Source: Selaginella moellendorffii
Taxonomy: Eukaryota > Plantae > Lycopodiophyta
NCBI RefSeq assembly: GCF_000143415.4
Contig: NW_003314366.1
Span: 186,001 to 250,000 of the forward strand
Length of the DNA stretch: 64,000 bases
Direction of reading: 5' to 3'
A program made the translations under genes and the position numbers. Below the pieces are notes generated by a model. It searched no databases and was not told where the DNA came from. It saw nothing but the letters and a program-made list of their open reading frames with translations. The first letter of the stretch is position 1, and each line of letters begins with the position of its first letter. This document shows positions 25,901 to 38,417 of this stretch, piece by piece.

Positions 25901-26340
25901 TGCAGCAGATCTCATTCCACCCTAAACAGCAAGCGCTGTCAAATGCTAATGTGTGAGTAAATGAGATGATGGCAGGAGGACATACTCGGTCTCAGTGGTT
26001 GCCATATAGGATTCATGTTAAAAAAGAGCCATTTTACCATTTATTTCCGACTAGAATGATGTTTCTTCAAGAATTACTAATGCCTCTAAAGCTGAGGAAC
26101 AGGTTGAACTAACAGATCCACCAGCTGAGAGAGAGACGAATGTTATAGTTATAGTTACAGAGTTTTGTGCGTTTTTTTTCATTACTACTGACTTTTCAGC
26201 TTCCCTTTCAAACTGGAGAGGCTGAAGGCAGCCGGGGTTACTCAAAGCCCAGGAGCTGGAAGAAACTGTACTAGCATATTCCAATCTTTTTCAACAAGCA
26301 ACATCGTGACAAATGAGCTGAGTTGACGGCTATAGCTGAG
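22992..26340 (+). pseudogene. MORC-family GHKL ATPase pseudogene; 3' limit uncertain
   Basis: SFWRAG, MDHVRIHPKFLHSNATSHKWALG, ELLDNALDE, TQSVGLLSYTFL and GTRIIIYNLWED followed by an in-frame stop; decayed exons. Confidence 0.85.
23778..24278. mobile_element. Possible MITE interrupting the MORC GNG exon
   Basis: AT-rich ~500 bp with imperfect ~35-bp inverted ends (acagcaccccctctcttacgtgggtgcc vs ggcacacactaaataaaggggtgtattgt). Confidence 0.4.
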
Positions 26341-26525
26341 TTGACATATTCTCGCTGTTCCCGCAAAGAGTCTCCACGTCGAGGACGTAACCTGTGGTCA
26401 TCCTGGACAAGAAATGGTCGAGCCACAAGACATGGTTAAGCTTTGTGGAGGCGGATTTTGATCCAAAAAGAAAAAATGCATGGGATAAAATTCCCTTTAG
26501 TGTGGGTGTCCAACAGGTTTAAGTA

Positions 26526-29500
26526 ATGGCGCATTGTCCAAGCATCGTCTCCCTTCTGCGCCCTCCTCCTCCTCTTGGGCCTGGTCGAGTTTTTTTAGGT
26601 CATCTCGGTTCGTGGAGGAGGATACCCATTTCCAGGGCGAGGAGAATGACGATTCATGGCGCTTCTCGCCTTGTCGCTACCAGAGCTGCCGCCGCCACCA
26701 CCGCCGCCACCAATGGTGACTTCTCCTTCCTTGTTTCCCCTCTCCAAGCTGATTTTCTCCTTGTGTAGCTCCTCCGCTTGGCTACCAGTTGCCAGCACCA
26801 GAAATCCGGAGGATTGTGGACGCTCCTCCCAATCCAGCGCTCTCCTTCTCACCCAAGCGCGACAAGATCCTGTTCATGAAGCGCACGTCGTTGCCACCGC
26901 TGTCGGAGCTTGCTCGTCCGGAGCTCAAGCTCGCGGGCCTCCGCATTGATCCGGAATGCAACTGTCGCAGCCGCATGTATGGTGATTCTACGTTGCTTTT
27001 CCTCGTCCTTGGAGTTCTAACGTGTTCTTTGCTCTCTCTCACGCACAGGTCGTCCTACGTCGGCCTCGGCATGTCGTCCTTGTCCCACGACGGGCTTGTG
27101 GGAGTGGAGCGTCTCGTTACCGGGTTGCCAGCCGGTGCCAGGATCAACTTTGTGAGCTGGTACTTCGTTTACTTCCTTCGTTTTCTTGAGTGGCTTGTGC
27201 GTATCTCCATCCCAGGTCGCCTGATGGTAGTCACCTTGCATTCGTTCTTTGGGGGATAGACAAGGTACTTTGCATTCTCTACTTACTGGTTTCTCGTGTA
27301 ATGGAATCCAACCTTTTCTCACAGGAGGACGGGACAAGGAGCGAGCTGGGACTTTGGATCGTGGACGTGCAAACTCTAGAAGCCAGAGAGCTGATTGGAC
27401 CTCCAAACTACTGCCTTAACACCGTATTCGATTCGTAAGCCATCATCTTCCAGCCTACGTCCGTGATGTTCTTTTCTAACTCACTCTCGCGTCAGATACT
27501 CGTGGCTGGATCCCTCGACACTGGTAGCGTGCGTTGTTCCGAGCGCTCGGGGTCCTCCACCCAAGAAACCACTCACCCCGCTAAGTCCCAAGGTTCTCAT
27601 GAACGAGGAAAAGCGGGTCGTGCAGAACCGGACGTACCAGGACCTCTTGAAGAGCAAGCATGACGAAGACGTCTTCGATTACTATGCTACCAGCGAGCTC
27701 CTCCTCGTGTCCACGTCCGGAGATGTTGATCCGCTGGTGCTTGGCGAGGCTGCGGTGTACACCTCCCTGGATCCATCTCCTGATGGAAACTACTTGCTGG
27801 TGTCGACCATGCACCGGCCTTATTCTTTTTCGGTCCCCTGCGGCCGATTTCCCAAGAGAACAGAGGTGTGGACGAGATCAGGACGACTTGTACAAGAAGT
27901 AGCAGACTTGCCACTCGCAGAAGATATACCAATAGCTCATGACAGTGTTCGTCAAGGTCGAAGGTCCATCAACTGGCGCTCGGACAAGCCTTCATCCCTG
28001 TATTGGTAAGAAATGACTGTTTATTTTTTCTTTCTGTTCCTCATGATATGTATATATGTGTTTTACAGGGTGGAAACTCAGGATGGTGGAGATTCGAGGG
28101 AGAAAGTATCTCCCCGGGACATAGTGTACTCACTTCGAGTAGATTCCAGTGAAGCACAGGAACCGGAGATTATTCACAAACTTGATCTTCGCTACGGGTA
28201 CGTATTCTGCTGCTTAAGTCAATCGTTTGTGATGTGTGTTTTTGGCTGGCAGAGGCTCACTCTGGGGTAACGATTCATTGGCTCTGATTTATGAATCGTG
28301 GTATAAGACGCGGCAGACCAGGACATGGATGGTTGCTCCTGGTGCACCAGGCACCGAGCCTCGCGTGCTGTTCGATAGATCGTCGGAAGATGTCTACTCA
28401 GACCCCGGCTCTCCGGTGTTACGCAGAACCTCGTTCGGTACTTACGTTCTGGCTCAAGTAAAGACGAGTGATGGTAATAGGAATCTACTGCTTGATGGCA
28501 ACGGGGCAACTCCGGAAGGAAAGATACCGTTCCTTGATCTTCTCAACATGTAAGCTCGTTCACTCGCTGTTGATTTTGCAAACACTTTCTTTGCAGTGAT
28601 ACGGGTGCAAAAGAGCGGATTTGGCAAAGCCAGAAGGACAAGTACTATGAAAAGGTCACGGCTCTCATGTCCGATCAGATAGACGATGATCTCGACGTGG
28701 ACAAGCTGCGAATGCTCATCTCAAGAGAAAGCCAAACGGAGCCTCCGCAGTACTTTCTTTGGTTTTGGCCCGACAAGACTGCTGTTCAAGTCACAAACTT
28801 TCCGCATCCTTACCCGCAGCTTGTCAACCTCCAGAAGGAAGTGATTCGATATCCCCGCTCCGATGGTGTGCAGTTAACAGCAACGCTCTATTTACCACCC
28901 GACTACGAGCCATCAAGAGACGGCCCGCTGCCGACGCTGGTGTGGGCATATCCGAGAGAGTTCAAGAGCAAAGAAAACGCTGGACAGATGCGGCGATCAC
29001 CGAACGAGTTTGCTGGTATTGGCTCGACGTCGCCTCTACTGTGGCTGGCGAGACGGTGAGTTAGCTCTTGCCCTTCGTTTTCCTTTTCTCCTTTAGAATT
29101 TCATCTTATACTCGTGCTGGTGATCAGCTTTGCAGTCTTGGATGGTCCAACTATACCGATTGTTGGAGAGGGTGAAGCTGAAGCCAATGACAGGTGCTTG
29201 TCATTGTATTTTCTCATGCTCGTGTATTGATTGATTGGCATTGTCTCAGCTACGTCGAGCAGCTGGTTTCTAGCGCTGAGGCCGCAGTTGAGGAAATCAT
29301 TCGTCGCGGGGTAACTATCTAGATAGAGCTCTTTAGCTTCATGCTTGACAACTTTTGGAACTTTGCAGGTGGCTCATCCCGACAGAATTGCTGTAGGAGG
29401 GCACTCGTATGGAGCATTCATGGCCGCCAATCTCTTAGCTCATGCTCCACATCTCTTCTGCTGTGGCATTGCTCGAGCGGGAGCATACAACAGAACACTC

Positions 29501-30002
29501 ACACCGTTTGGATTTCAGGTGGGTCTCCGTTTCTCAGTTTCGTCTGACTCGCAACTTTGGTTTGCACAGAGCGAGGATCGGACACTCTGGGAAGCTCCCA
29601 AAACTTACATCGACATGAGTCCTTTCATGCTGGCAAACAAGATGCAAAATCCCATCCTGCTGATCCATGGCGAGGACGACAACAACTCGGGTACGCTGAC
29701 GATGCAGGTAAAAGTTTTTCTTTTTCTTTCTCCTGCTCGGCACTGTCCTGACAAGCTCACTCCAGTCGGAGAGATTCTACGACGCTCTCAAGGGTCACGG
29801 GGTGGTTTGCCGGCTCGTGCTACTTCCATTCGAGAGCCACGGATACGTAGCACGAGAGAGCGTTATGCACACTCTCTGGGAGTCGGAGAGGTGGCTGGAC
29901 AAGTTTTGCGTGGCTGCTACTAGCACCACCGGGATGGCGGAGGAGAGCGAGGACTCCGAGAAAGATGCTAGCACGGCTGCAGCTCCACTCTCATCGCTGT
30001 AG
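26526..30002 (+). CDS. Chloroplast glutamyl endopeptidase (CGEP, peptidase S9D)
   Basis: Transit peptide, PPLSELARPELKLAGLRID, YPRSDGVQLTATLYLPP, catalytic GGHSYGAFM, IHGEDDNNSGT and LPFESHGY. Confidence 0.93.
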
Positions 30003-30038
30003 CTACCAGTGTGGAATAAGCAAGCCCTAGGAAGGAGG

Positions 30039-31114
30039 ATGGGGTGGGCTCTGGCTCTCCACGGCGGTGCCGGCGACATCAAGCGCTCCGAGAGGACCGA
30101 GGCCGCGGAGTCGGTCCTCCTGGAATGCCTCAGCCTCGGTGTTGCGGAGCTAGAGTCCGGGCGATGCGCTCTGGACGTGGTTGAATTGGTGGTAAGCGTG
30201 GCTTTCTTTGCGTGACAATCGATCGCCATGCCACCTTTTTTGCAGGTCCGCGCGCTGGAGAACAACGAGATGTTCAATGCCGGCAAAGGATCGGTTTTGA
30301 CGGCCGAAGGCACTGTGGAGATGGAAGCCAGCATCATGGACGGTGCCACGGGTGACTGTGGAGCGGTCTCGGGCCTCACCACGGTTGTCAACCCGATCTC
30401 CCTGGCTCGCCTCGTCATGGAGAAAACGCCTCACATCTATCTCGCCTTTGACGGGGCCGAGGCCTTTGCAAGGCAACAGGTTCGAACGCTTTCGTTTCTT
30501 TGCTCTTGTTCTTGTTAACTGCAAAGCTCGAGTTGACAGGGAGTTGAAACTGCCGATCCCGGCTACTTTGTCACGGAGAGGAACATCCAGCGCTTGCGTC
30601 AAACCAAGGAGACGCAAACCGTTCAGGTAGAGTGGCCTAGCCTAGTTCGTTTTGTTCTCGCGCAACCGCTAACTGGAACTCTCTTGAAAAGATCGACTAC
30701 TCGGTGCCTTCCGAAGCTGGCGAGACTGTGGGCTGTGTGGCCGTGGACTGCCATGGCAAGTGCGCGGCTGCCACATCCACCGGAGGCATGGTGAACAAGA
30801 TGGCAGGACGCATTGGAGACACTCCGGTGATAGGCGCAGGAACTTACGCAAACGGGGTGTGCGCGGTGTCCACAACCGGGAAAGGCGAGAGCATCATGCG
30901 AGGCATGGTTGCGGCGGACGTTGCTGCTCGCATGAAGTACAAAGCTCTCAAGCTCTCCGAGGCAGCGGGCAGTGTTGTCAAGGAGCTCGAGGCAGGGACG
31001 ACAGGTCTGGTGGCAGTCTCGGCCAAGGGAGAGATCGCAATGGACTTCAACACAACCGGCATGTTTCGAGCCAGTGCAGATCACACAGGGCACCTCGAGG
31101 TCGGGGTGTGGTGA
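30039..31114 (+). CDS. Isoaspartyl peptidase/L-asparaginase (Ntn hydrolase)
   Basis: [31 protein letters not shown], nucleophile ETVGCVAVD and [19 protein letters not shown]. Confidence 0.95.
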
Positions 31115-31206
31115 AGGAAAACGAAGGAAAACAGCTCTTTTCCTATCTACATTCTAGGAGACTATGGCAGTGGCACGAATAAAAGATGGTCAGGATGGTT
31201 TACGAC

Positions 31207-32466
31207 TCAGGAAGAAGAAGAGGAAGATCTCACGGGCTTCTCGAGCAATGCCGAGAGGTAGACTTCGTGGTTCTTGATGCCGTTCTTGTCGAGCTTGAGG
31301 CCGGCCACCCACTTGAGCTTGGTGTATCCCAGCCGCTCCACCATGGGGGCGTAGAGGGTGTGGAGCTGGTCCTGGGTGCAAAAGAAGTGATCCAGCCACA
31401 GGATCCCTCCGGGACGCAGCACCCGGTCGATGTCGAAGAGGATGAACTCGAGAGTGCGCGTGGGGATCCAGCTGCTGAGGACGTGCATGCTGTGGACGAG
31501 ATCCAGCGTGTTGTCGAAGAAGGGGAGGCGCTGGCCGACGGTGAGGAAGATCGGGACGAGGCCGCGCAGCGCGATGAACTCGTTGAAAGGCCCGTTGAGG
31601 TTGAGCGAGGTGGTGACGATGGTAACGTTGTGCTCGGCCATCCTGGCGGCAAAGCTGGCGGTGCCGCCACCGATGTCTAGCCCGATCCGGAGGCTCCCGC
31701 GCTTGAGCGCCACCAGGTCCTTGATGGTGATCACGTCGTTCTTGCCTCGCGGCACCACCCACCTCGTCCTCTCGGCGCCCGTGAGCTCGAAGCAATCCGC
31801 GCAGTCGACGAACACCTTGCTCTCCTTGGCGCGCCGGTTGAGGCAGTCGAAGCTCTTGCAAGTGTAGTGGCTCCAGCGGATGGTATCGTCGGGCGGGGTG
31901 CTCCAGCGGCAGCCCGGCAGCGGCAGCGGCGTGGAGTAGGAGGGTGGCGAGCGCGCAAAGCAGCGGCGCCGCGGCAGGGGCTCGCAGCCGCGCACCATGA
32001 GAGCTTGGGCGATGTTCCAGTCGTCCGGGCAGAGGCTCCCGACGGTGTAGTTCATGTAGGTGTCGAGGAGAGCCATGTGTTGGAAGCAGGCATGGCCGAT
32101 GGGCGATACCATCGTCTCGCCGCCGTGTGTTGGGTTTCTTCCCAGGGGTAGGCTGCGCTCCTCCGTGTACTCGAGAAGCTCCGAGCTCATGAGCAGAGAT
32201 CTGGATCCAGCGCTTGGTCTTGTCCGCGCCGCTGTCAGTGCCTGCCGGATCTCTTCTCTCAGGGATGCTATCTCTGCGAGGAGTGGAGTGGAAGAGGGCG
32301 ATAGGAGATTATCTTGCCTGACCCCCCGTGACACGGAGAGGCTGTAGAGCGCCATGAGATTGGTGCTGACGATCGAAGCCACTAGGAGGAGGTTCCATGC
32401 CACGCTCCACATTGAGATCGAGGAGGAGGAGGAAGACCTCTCTCTTGCTGCCTCGGCCTTCTTCAT
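31207..32466 (-). CDS. Type II membrane putative SAM-dependent methyltransferase (plant Golgi type), intronless
   Basis: N-terminal TM, CPDDWNIAQALMVRGCEPLPRRRC, IGLDIGGGTASFAARM, RLPFFDNTLDLVH and FDIDRVLRPGGILWLDHF. Confidence 0.9.
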   Translation of the reverse strand: MKKAEAARERSSSSSSISMWSVAWNLLLVASIVSTNLMALYSLSVSRGVRQDNLLSPSSTPLLAEIASLREEIRQALTAARTRPSAGSRSLLMSSELLEYTEERSLPLGRNPTHGGETMVSPIGHACFQHMALLDTYMNYTVGSLCPDDWNIAQALMVRGCEPLPRRRCFARSPPSYSTPLPLPGCRWSTPPDDTIRWSHYTCKSFDCLNRRAKESKVFVDCADCFELTGAERTRWVVPRGKNDVITIKDLVALKRGSLRIGLDIGGGTASFAARMAEHNVTIVTTSLNLNGPFNEFIALRGLVPIFLTVGQRLPFFDNTLDLVHSMHVLSSWIPTRTLEFILFDIDRVLRPGGILWLDHFFCTQDQLHTLYAPMVERLGYTKLKWVAGLKLDKNGIKNHEVYLSALLEKPVRSSSSSS

Positions 32467-32817
32467 GCCACAGCCCACCTCGATCGAAAGCAGCGAGTGG
32501 GATCTATCTGGACACTCACATTTCCAGTCCCACTCGAAGACTCGACTTCGTGAATGTCTTGTTTGGTTGCATCATGCGAAGAGCTTCACGATCCACGACG
32601 CGATGAGATTCTTTGACATGCTACATGTGAATTCTTGTCGGTGCGCGAATGGAATCACCAGAGTGGACTTAGAGCGGATGATACATGTTTTGGATTTTCA
32701 AAGCTTCGCGGGGCGTTGACTTTCTTGACTTTTCTTGACCGGATATTCCATATGCTGCTCTTTGGGCAATCCCTCGCGAGTCGATAAAAATGAAGGTGGC
32801 AAAGCTGCTTTATATGT

Positions 32818-33545
32818 ATGTTTTCTACACACCAAAGGTTGTATAGAATGATGTTTGTGCTTGCTAATGTCTTGCTTTCTCTCTTGTGCTGCGAATTTGC
32901 CTTTGGTGTTGATCCCACAGTTGGTTTTGAGAAGCAACAGGTCTCTTGGAAAATCCAAAAGCCATATGATCTCCAAGTTTCCGATCGCTACAACTTCAGC
33001 GATGGCGTGCATAAGCTGTGGGTGTATACTAGTGACAAGCCCCAGAACCCGCATAGTCCTACAAAGCCAAGGACGGAGCTTAGATTTCGAGTAAGTTGCA
33101 AGAGAATCTAGTTCTTAGTTTTGGTGTTGATAGCAGTCTATCTTTGTAGCAACCACAATACTCACAAGGAATCTGGCAATTCGAGGGAGACTTTTACGTT
33201 CCTTCGGGCACCACCGGAGTGTGTATAATGCAAATCCATGGCGGAAGGAACAGTGCCACCGCGCTCCAAATTCGAGTTGATGGGCCTGGTGATTTGATTC
33301 GCACTGGAGCGGACTTGGAGCACGCGACATTCGCAACGCACATCTATGACAAATGGATCCATCTCAATGTCATTCACGATGTAGACCATGAGATGCTTAG
33401 CATTTATCTGGATGGAGAGCTCAAGCATTGGGAGGTAAACGAAACATACGAGGAGCATTATTTCAAGTGTGGAGTGTACACCCAGAACAATGCTAGTGAA
33501 TATATGGAATCCAGGTGGAAGAACATCAACATATGGAAGCTTTAG
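32818..33545 (+). CDS. Citrate-binding protein-like / PL7 alginate-lyase-2 fold secreted protein (2 exons)
   Basis: Signal peptide, DPTVGF, IQKPYD, WVYTSDKP...TKPRTELR, CIMQIHGG, YFKCGVYTQ and MESRWKNI. Confidence 0.88.
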
Positions 33546-33699
33546 TTGTGAACTGAAAAGGCATGTTTAAAACCACAAAACTCTTGAATCTCACCTTTTG
33601 CTTCCCTCCTCACAATGATATTCCGCGAGGATGAGCGCGAGAACAGAGGTGGTGATGCTGCTGTGATGATGATAGAAAGCCTGGTTCTTTTCTTTGTGT

Positions 33700-36577
33700 C
33701 TAGCCAGATGGAACTGGAGTTGGAGATGCCGGAGCTTCTGCGGCTACAGGAGACGCTGCCGGGGATGCTGGGGCTTCTCCTGTCGCCGCTGGAGCTGCTT
33801 CACCATCACCATCTTGAGCAGTGCCTTCGCCCGGCTGAGCTTCCGACGTTGATGCTTCGGGCGCTGGCACCACTTCTGGCTCTGGCGGCGGCGGCGGCGG
33901 AGGGAGTGGCTCGCCAGCACTGAAGAGCTTCAAAGCGTAGGCTAGATCTTTTAAAGTTTCCGTGTATCCTGGGCAACCCTGCTCCATCTTCTCGATCGAC
34001 TCGTCCGAGAATTTGCCGCGCAGAGTAACGAGCAAGCTCGCATGGTACTGGGAGAAAAGAAGAACAACTCAGTTCCTGGCGCGAGGAAAAAAAAAGTATA
34101 CCTCTGTCGTAAACTCTTCTTTGTATTCCGGGGATTTAAACTCGGTCAAGTTGAGAAGAGCGTTCCCTTTCTGCTTGTACAGGACGTGTAGCACATTCTT
34201 GCTCTGCGATCACAACAGGTATAGCTTGGCTGAGCTTGAAACTTAAAACTTGATTACCTTGTCAAACGTTGGCGGATATTTGGGTTCGGGTATCTCAAGA
34301 AATCGAAACACGCAAGTCTGAGCGTCCGCGTGAGCGTTCCATTTGCTGCTTGCGAAAGCAGCGGCGGGAGCTGCCATGGCCAGATCACGGCATGCATACA
34401 TCTCCACTTCCGGATCCTTTCAAAGCTAGCAAGATATCACGGCAATAGCTTTAGTAAGCTAACAAGAGGCTCTGAAGAAGCTGACCTTAACAGTAGTTTT
34501 TACGTGCCGGAAATCGTCTTCGTCGGGGAGAAGATGGATGCCACACTTGGATAAACGCTACAAAGGACCGCAAGAGATTTTAGAACCATGACCAACCAAA
34601 AACCATGCTCAAGCGTTCACCTTTAGCAGGACTCGAGGAGCCAGTTTTTGATCGTAGAGATGCTTGCATTCCGGGAAGTGAGGTTCCACCAGTTTGCACC
34701 ATCCATCGCCGACCTCAAACTTGAGTATAAGCGAGGCAGCGTGCAGTGTCAAAAAGGCCTCGGATTCCGAAATGGGATTGATACTCCACTTTGTGTGTGG
34801 GAATTGCCTCACTCGGTTCTGCCAATAGCAACAGTCGGCAATAGAGCTACAGAAACAAGTTTAAAAGCTACCTGAAGCATGGCATGTGGTCTTATAATAA
34901 TCGTGTGGAACGTCAGCTTCCGTGTTTCAGGTTCATACACCACGTCGGTGATATTTTCAAACTTCCAGCAGTGCTCTTCCTGGACAGGACAAATGTCAGT
35001 ACTCAAGATTTCTCATGTCGCGTACTCGCTTACCGCAAACCAGCATCCAACTTTTGGAACAGGATCAAAATGGATGACAAACTCTGGCAATGTATAGGCG
35101 ACGATGATCGGAGGTATGACGTTTCCAGGTCCCAAAGGAACCCCAACAAACGGGTATTCGACTGGAATAGTTGCTGCTGTCAATGGAGTAACTGCAAGGA
35201 AAGATTGTTTCTGTCATATTACCTGCTTGTGAAACTCGTGTGGACGACGGTGCTGACCTCTTTCAAAAGTCCATTCTTTTACGGTCTTTGAAAGCGGTGG
35301 AAGTTGGACAATCTCAAACCTGAATGCCCCACCCTGTGCACAATCCTCAAAACCAAGAGCTAGAGAAAAGAAAGAAAAAGAAAAGAGATTGATAGATCCT
35401 TACCAGTGTCATGTAAATGTCTTTGGACTTGTAAAGAGGATCAGTGACTTGATGGTACATGCGAACTCCAACATGGGCGAACACGAAAGGTTTTGGAACT
35501 TCTACAAACAAGTTGATCGCCGGGAAATCAAGGTTGCGAGCTCGTGGATTTTTTGCATGATTCGCCCACAAAGCAAGTTTCCAGCCTGCTTGTCCAGAGA
35601 ACAAGCTGCACTCGTTCGTCCTCTTGTAGTAGTCGTGGGATTTCTGCACTTTAACCAGTGGAACTTTAGAAGGCTTTCAGCGCTAAAGGACAAGTGCCCG
35701 GTACATACTTCAAGTAGATAAGCTGTGTTATGATTAAGTCGTCTGTTTGCAAGCTCTTCCAGCCTTCTCATGTAATCGTGGTACCTAGAAAACGTCGAAA
35801 AGCCATCGTCTTAGAGAGTAGAATAAGGGAAAAAACTGAACGACATTACTTCTCGACGAGCTGTGGCCTCCCTTTCTGCTCTTCCACTAAAGCAAGCTCT
35901 TCGGCCCCTGCAAAGATCTTAGACAAGAAAGCTGTGTCATGTTTGTCGCAGCTAGCACGAAGATATCTCACCGAGTAAATATCCGTGAGAGTGCGCATCA
36001 CGTCGTTTATATCCTTGTCATATCCCTCCGCCATAACGTTGAGATAGCCGTTCATGCTTGGATCATTGCCAGCATAAGGAAGAGGACCAGGCTCAACATA
36101 TCTCTTCCACTGTATTGCCGGCAAGAACGCTGCTCAAGAACAAGAAGCTAAAACACGAAAGCAAAGCTTACCTCAGCAGCTCCATCGTAACGAGCTTCAT
36201 GCTTTGCAAGTCCCTCCCTGCGACGTTTTAGAACTGGTTCTAAGCTTTCCCACTCGCCAACTATTCGGTCGTGCTCGGCTTTAAGCCGTGCTTGTTCTGC
36301 CTCCCATGCTAGTCTGGCTTCTTCGGCGATCCTTTGCCTCTCTTCTTCTTCTAGTCGCAGCTTCTCTGGAGAATAAAGAAAGAAGAGAAGAGTGTAGCCA
36401 CATTTCCAAGTGATTGATTACCTTCAGCCGCTTTGCGCGCTTCCTCCTTTTTCCTCTCTATAAGAATGTGAATTGTGAAGAGCCAGAGAAGAAGAATGCC
36501 AATGCCATACCTTTCTCCTTCTTCTTGAGCGCCTTGAGCTCCTTCTTGGAGAGCTTCTTATCACCCTTGGGCGCCAT
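33700..36577 (-). CDS. CASC1/IC97 (DNAI7)-like flagellar inner-arm dynein-associated protein, many exons
   Basis: MAPKGDKKLSKKE lysine-rich start, E/R coil, WKRYVEPGPLP, LALWANHAKNPR and a Pro/Ala/Glu tail; recognition by eye. Confidence 0.7.
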
Positions 36578-36763
36578 TCTTTTCCTAGAGATCTAAGACT
36601 AGAGAAACCCTTGGATGATCCATCGCCTTGCGCCTAGGTAACTGCCTCCATGTCCCAGCCCTTGGAAAAAGAAAGACAAAGCCTAGGGCTTCCCTGGGCG
36701 CCACGTGGACAGTAGAAGCCCTAAAATCATTGTGTTTGAAGAACCCCGGCCAAAGCTCGAGCT

Positions 36764-38159
36764 ATGGAGATCGAGGAGGCGCCATCGCCTAGGGCAGGCG
36801 ATCCCAGCGGCGATGCCGCGGCGGCAATCCCGCTCATGCCGATGAAGCGCAGCAGCAGCGCCGATTTGGATCTGGAAGCCGGGCCGGGAGAGCAGCCCCA
36901 GTGCCGGATTTGCCTCGAGTCGGACGGTAAGGAGGCCCTAGCTGGTAGCTGCGGTGGGGAATGATCGCTTGTTTCCATCCAGGACGCGATTTCATCGCGC
37001 CATGCAGGTGTAAGGGATCCTCGAAATTTGTCCATCGCGCGTGCCTGGATCACTGGCGGTCGGTCAAGGTGCTCTTAGATTTCTAAGCAAAAACTCGCTG
37101 ATTATCAGCAAGCCGGGGTTGGATCGTGGCAGGAAGGCTTCGCTTTCGCGCACTGCACGACGTGTAAGTCGCCGTATCATCTCAGAGTTCTCCAGGCACC
37201 GGCTGATAGGAAATGGAGGCAGCTCAAGTTTCGATTCTTTGTCACTAGAGACATTCTCTTCATTTTTGCGGCCATCCAAGTTGTAAGTCAAGTTTCTTCC
37301 GCCATAGCTCTTTCCATCTTGACTGACCTTTTGCTTTTGCTTGAAGATCACGTCGGCCTTGGCGTACATGGTTTATTTGATCGATTATCGGCAGAAAGAA
37401 TGGATGCGCTTGGCATTTGGATTCGAGAGTTTATACAAGTTCTACTATATATGCGGTTTGTTTCAACCCTTCCACAAGAGCTTTGTACCTAAGAGCTTTG
37501 CTTCTTTTTTTTTTTTTTTCCTTAGGTGCGTTTCTCTTCTTCTCCTTGCTCGGGCTTTCAGGATGTTTCTTGACGTGCTACGATCGTCGCGTTCGCAACG
37601 ATCTCGCACAGCCATGCCGAGAAGTCTGTATGTGCTGCTGCCATCCCGGGTGAGTGAAAAAAAATTTCGGTTTTTAGACATAGCGATTGATGTCGTGACG
37701 TTTTTTCCAGAGCTTGCGCCGACTGCCATTTACCAGGAACAATGTGTATGTGGACCGATTGCACGGCTTGCTTCGAAGGCTGCGCAGCAACCATGGGAGA
37801 ATGCGGCACTTGCTTGAGCGGAGCGGGAGAAGCCGGGGCCCCGGTGCTGCTCGTCGTCGGCCTTGCAGTCCTGGCGCTCTTTGCAATCGTCGGGATCTTC
37901 TACAGCGTTTTGGTGGCGACGATGGTTTGCCAGAGAATTTGGCAGCGGCACTACCATATCTTGGCCAAGCGAATGCTAACCAAGGTAAAATTTCGGTTTT
38001 TTTTTCTAGAGTTCTATCTAGCTCACGAATGAATGGAAAACACATCGGCAGGACTATGTGGTGGAAGATCTGGATGGAGAGTCACTGGGACCGGATTGGA
38101 CGCCTCCTCCCCTTCCGCCGGATCACGTCCAACATCTCAAGTCGCTGGGATTGCTCTGA
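36764..38159 (+). CDS. RING-CH (RINGv) membrane E3 ligase
   Basis: QCRICLESDG, DFIAPCRCKGSSKFVHRACLDHWR, AFAHCTTC, TM helices and QRIWQRHYHILAKRMLTK. Confidence 0.92.
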
Positions 38160-38239
38160 TAGAGAACTCTCCCGGCTTGTAACATATAAACGAGAACTTA
38201 AGATTTGTAAGGGGCATTCCAGATGGAAGCCAAAAAGGC

Positions 38240-38410
38240 GAGCGGCGGCCACCACCATTGACAGCCTTCCGGACGATGTCATCCTCGCCAAGTTACCTCA
38301 AGACTATCATTCCGAGGATTATTACCCTCTGGTGAGCAAAAGTCCCTCAAGAGCTAGCAGCTTCCTAGATGGAATAGAAACCCTCAAAAGCTTTTGTTTC
38401 CACGGTTGTC
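38240..38410 (+). pseudogene. F-box-like remnant
   Basis: TIDSLPDDVILAKLP...YPLVSK resembles an F-box start; no intact ORF. Confidence 0.35.
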
Positions 38411-38417
38411 ATGGCGA

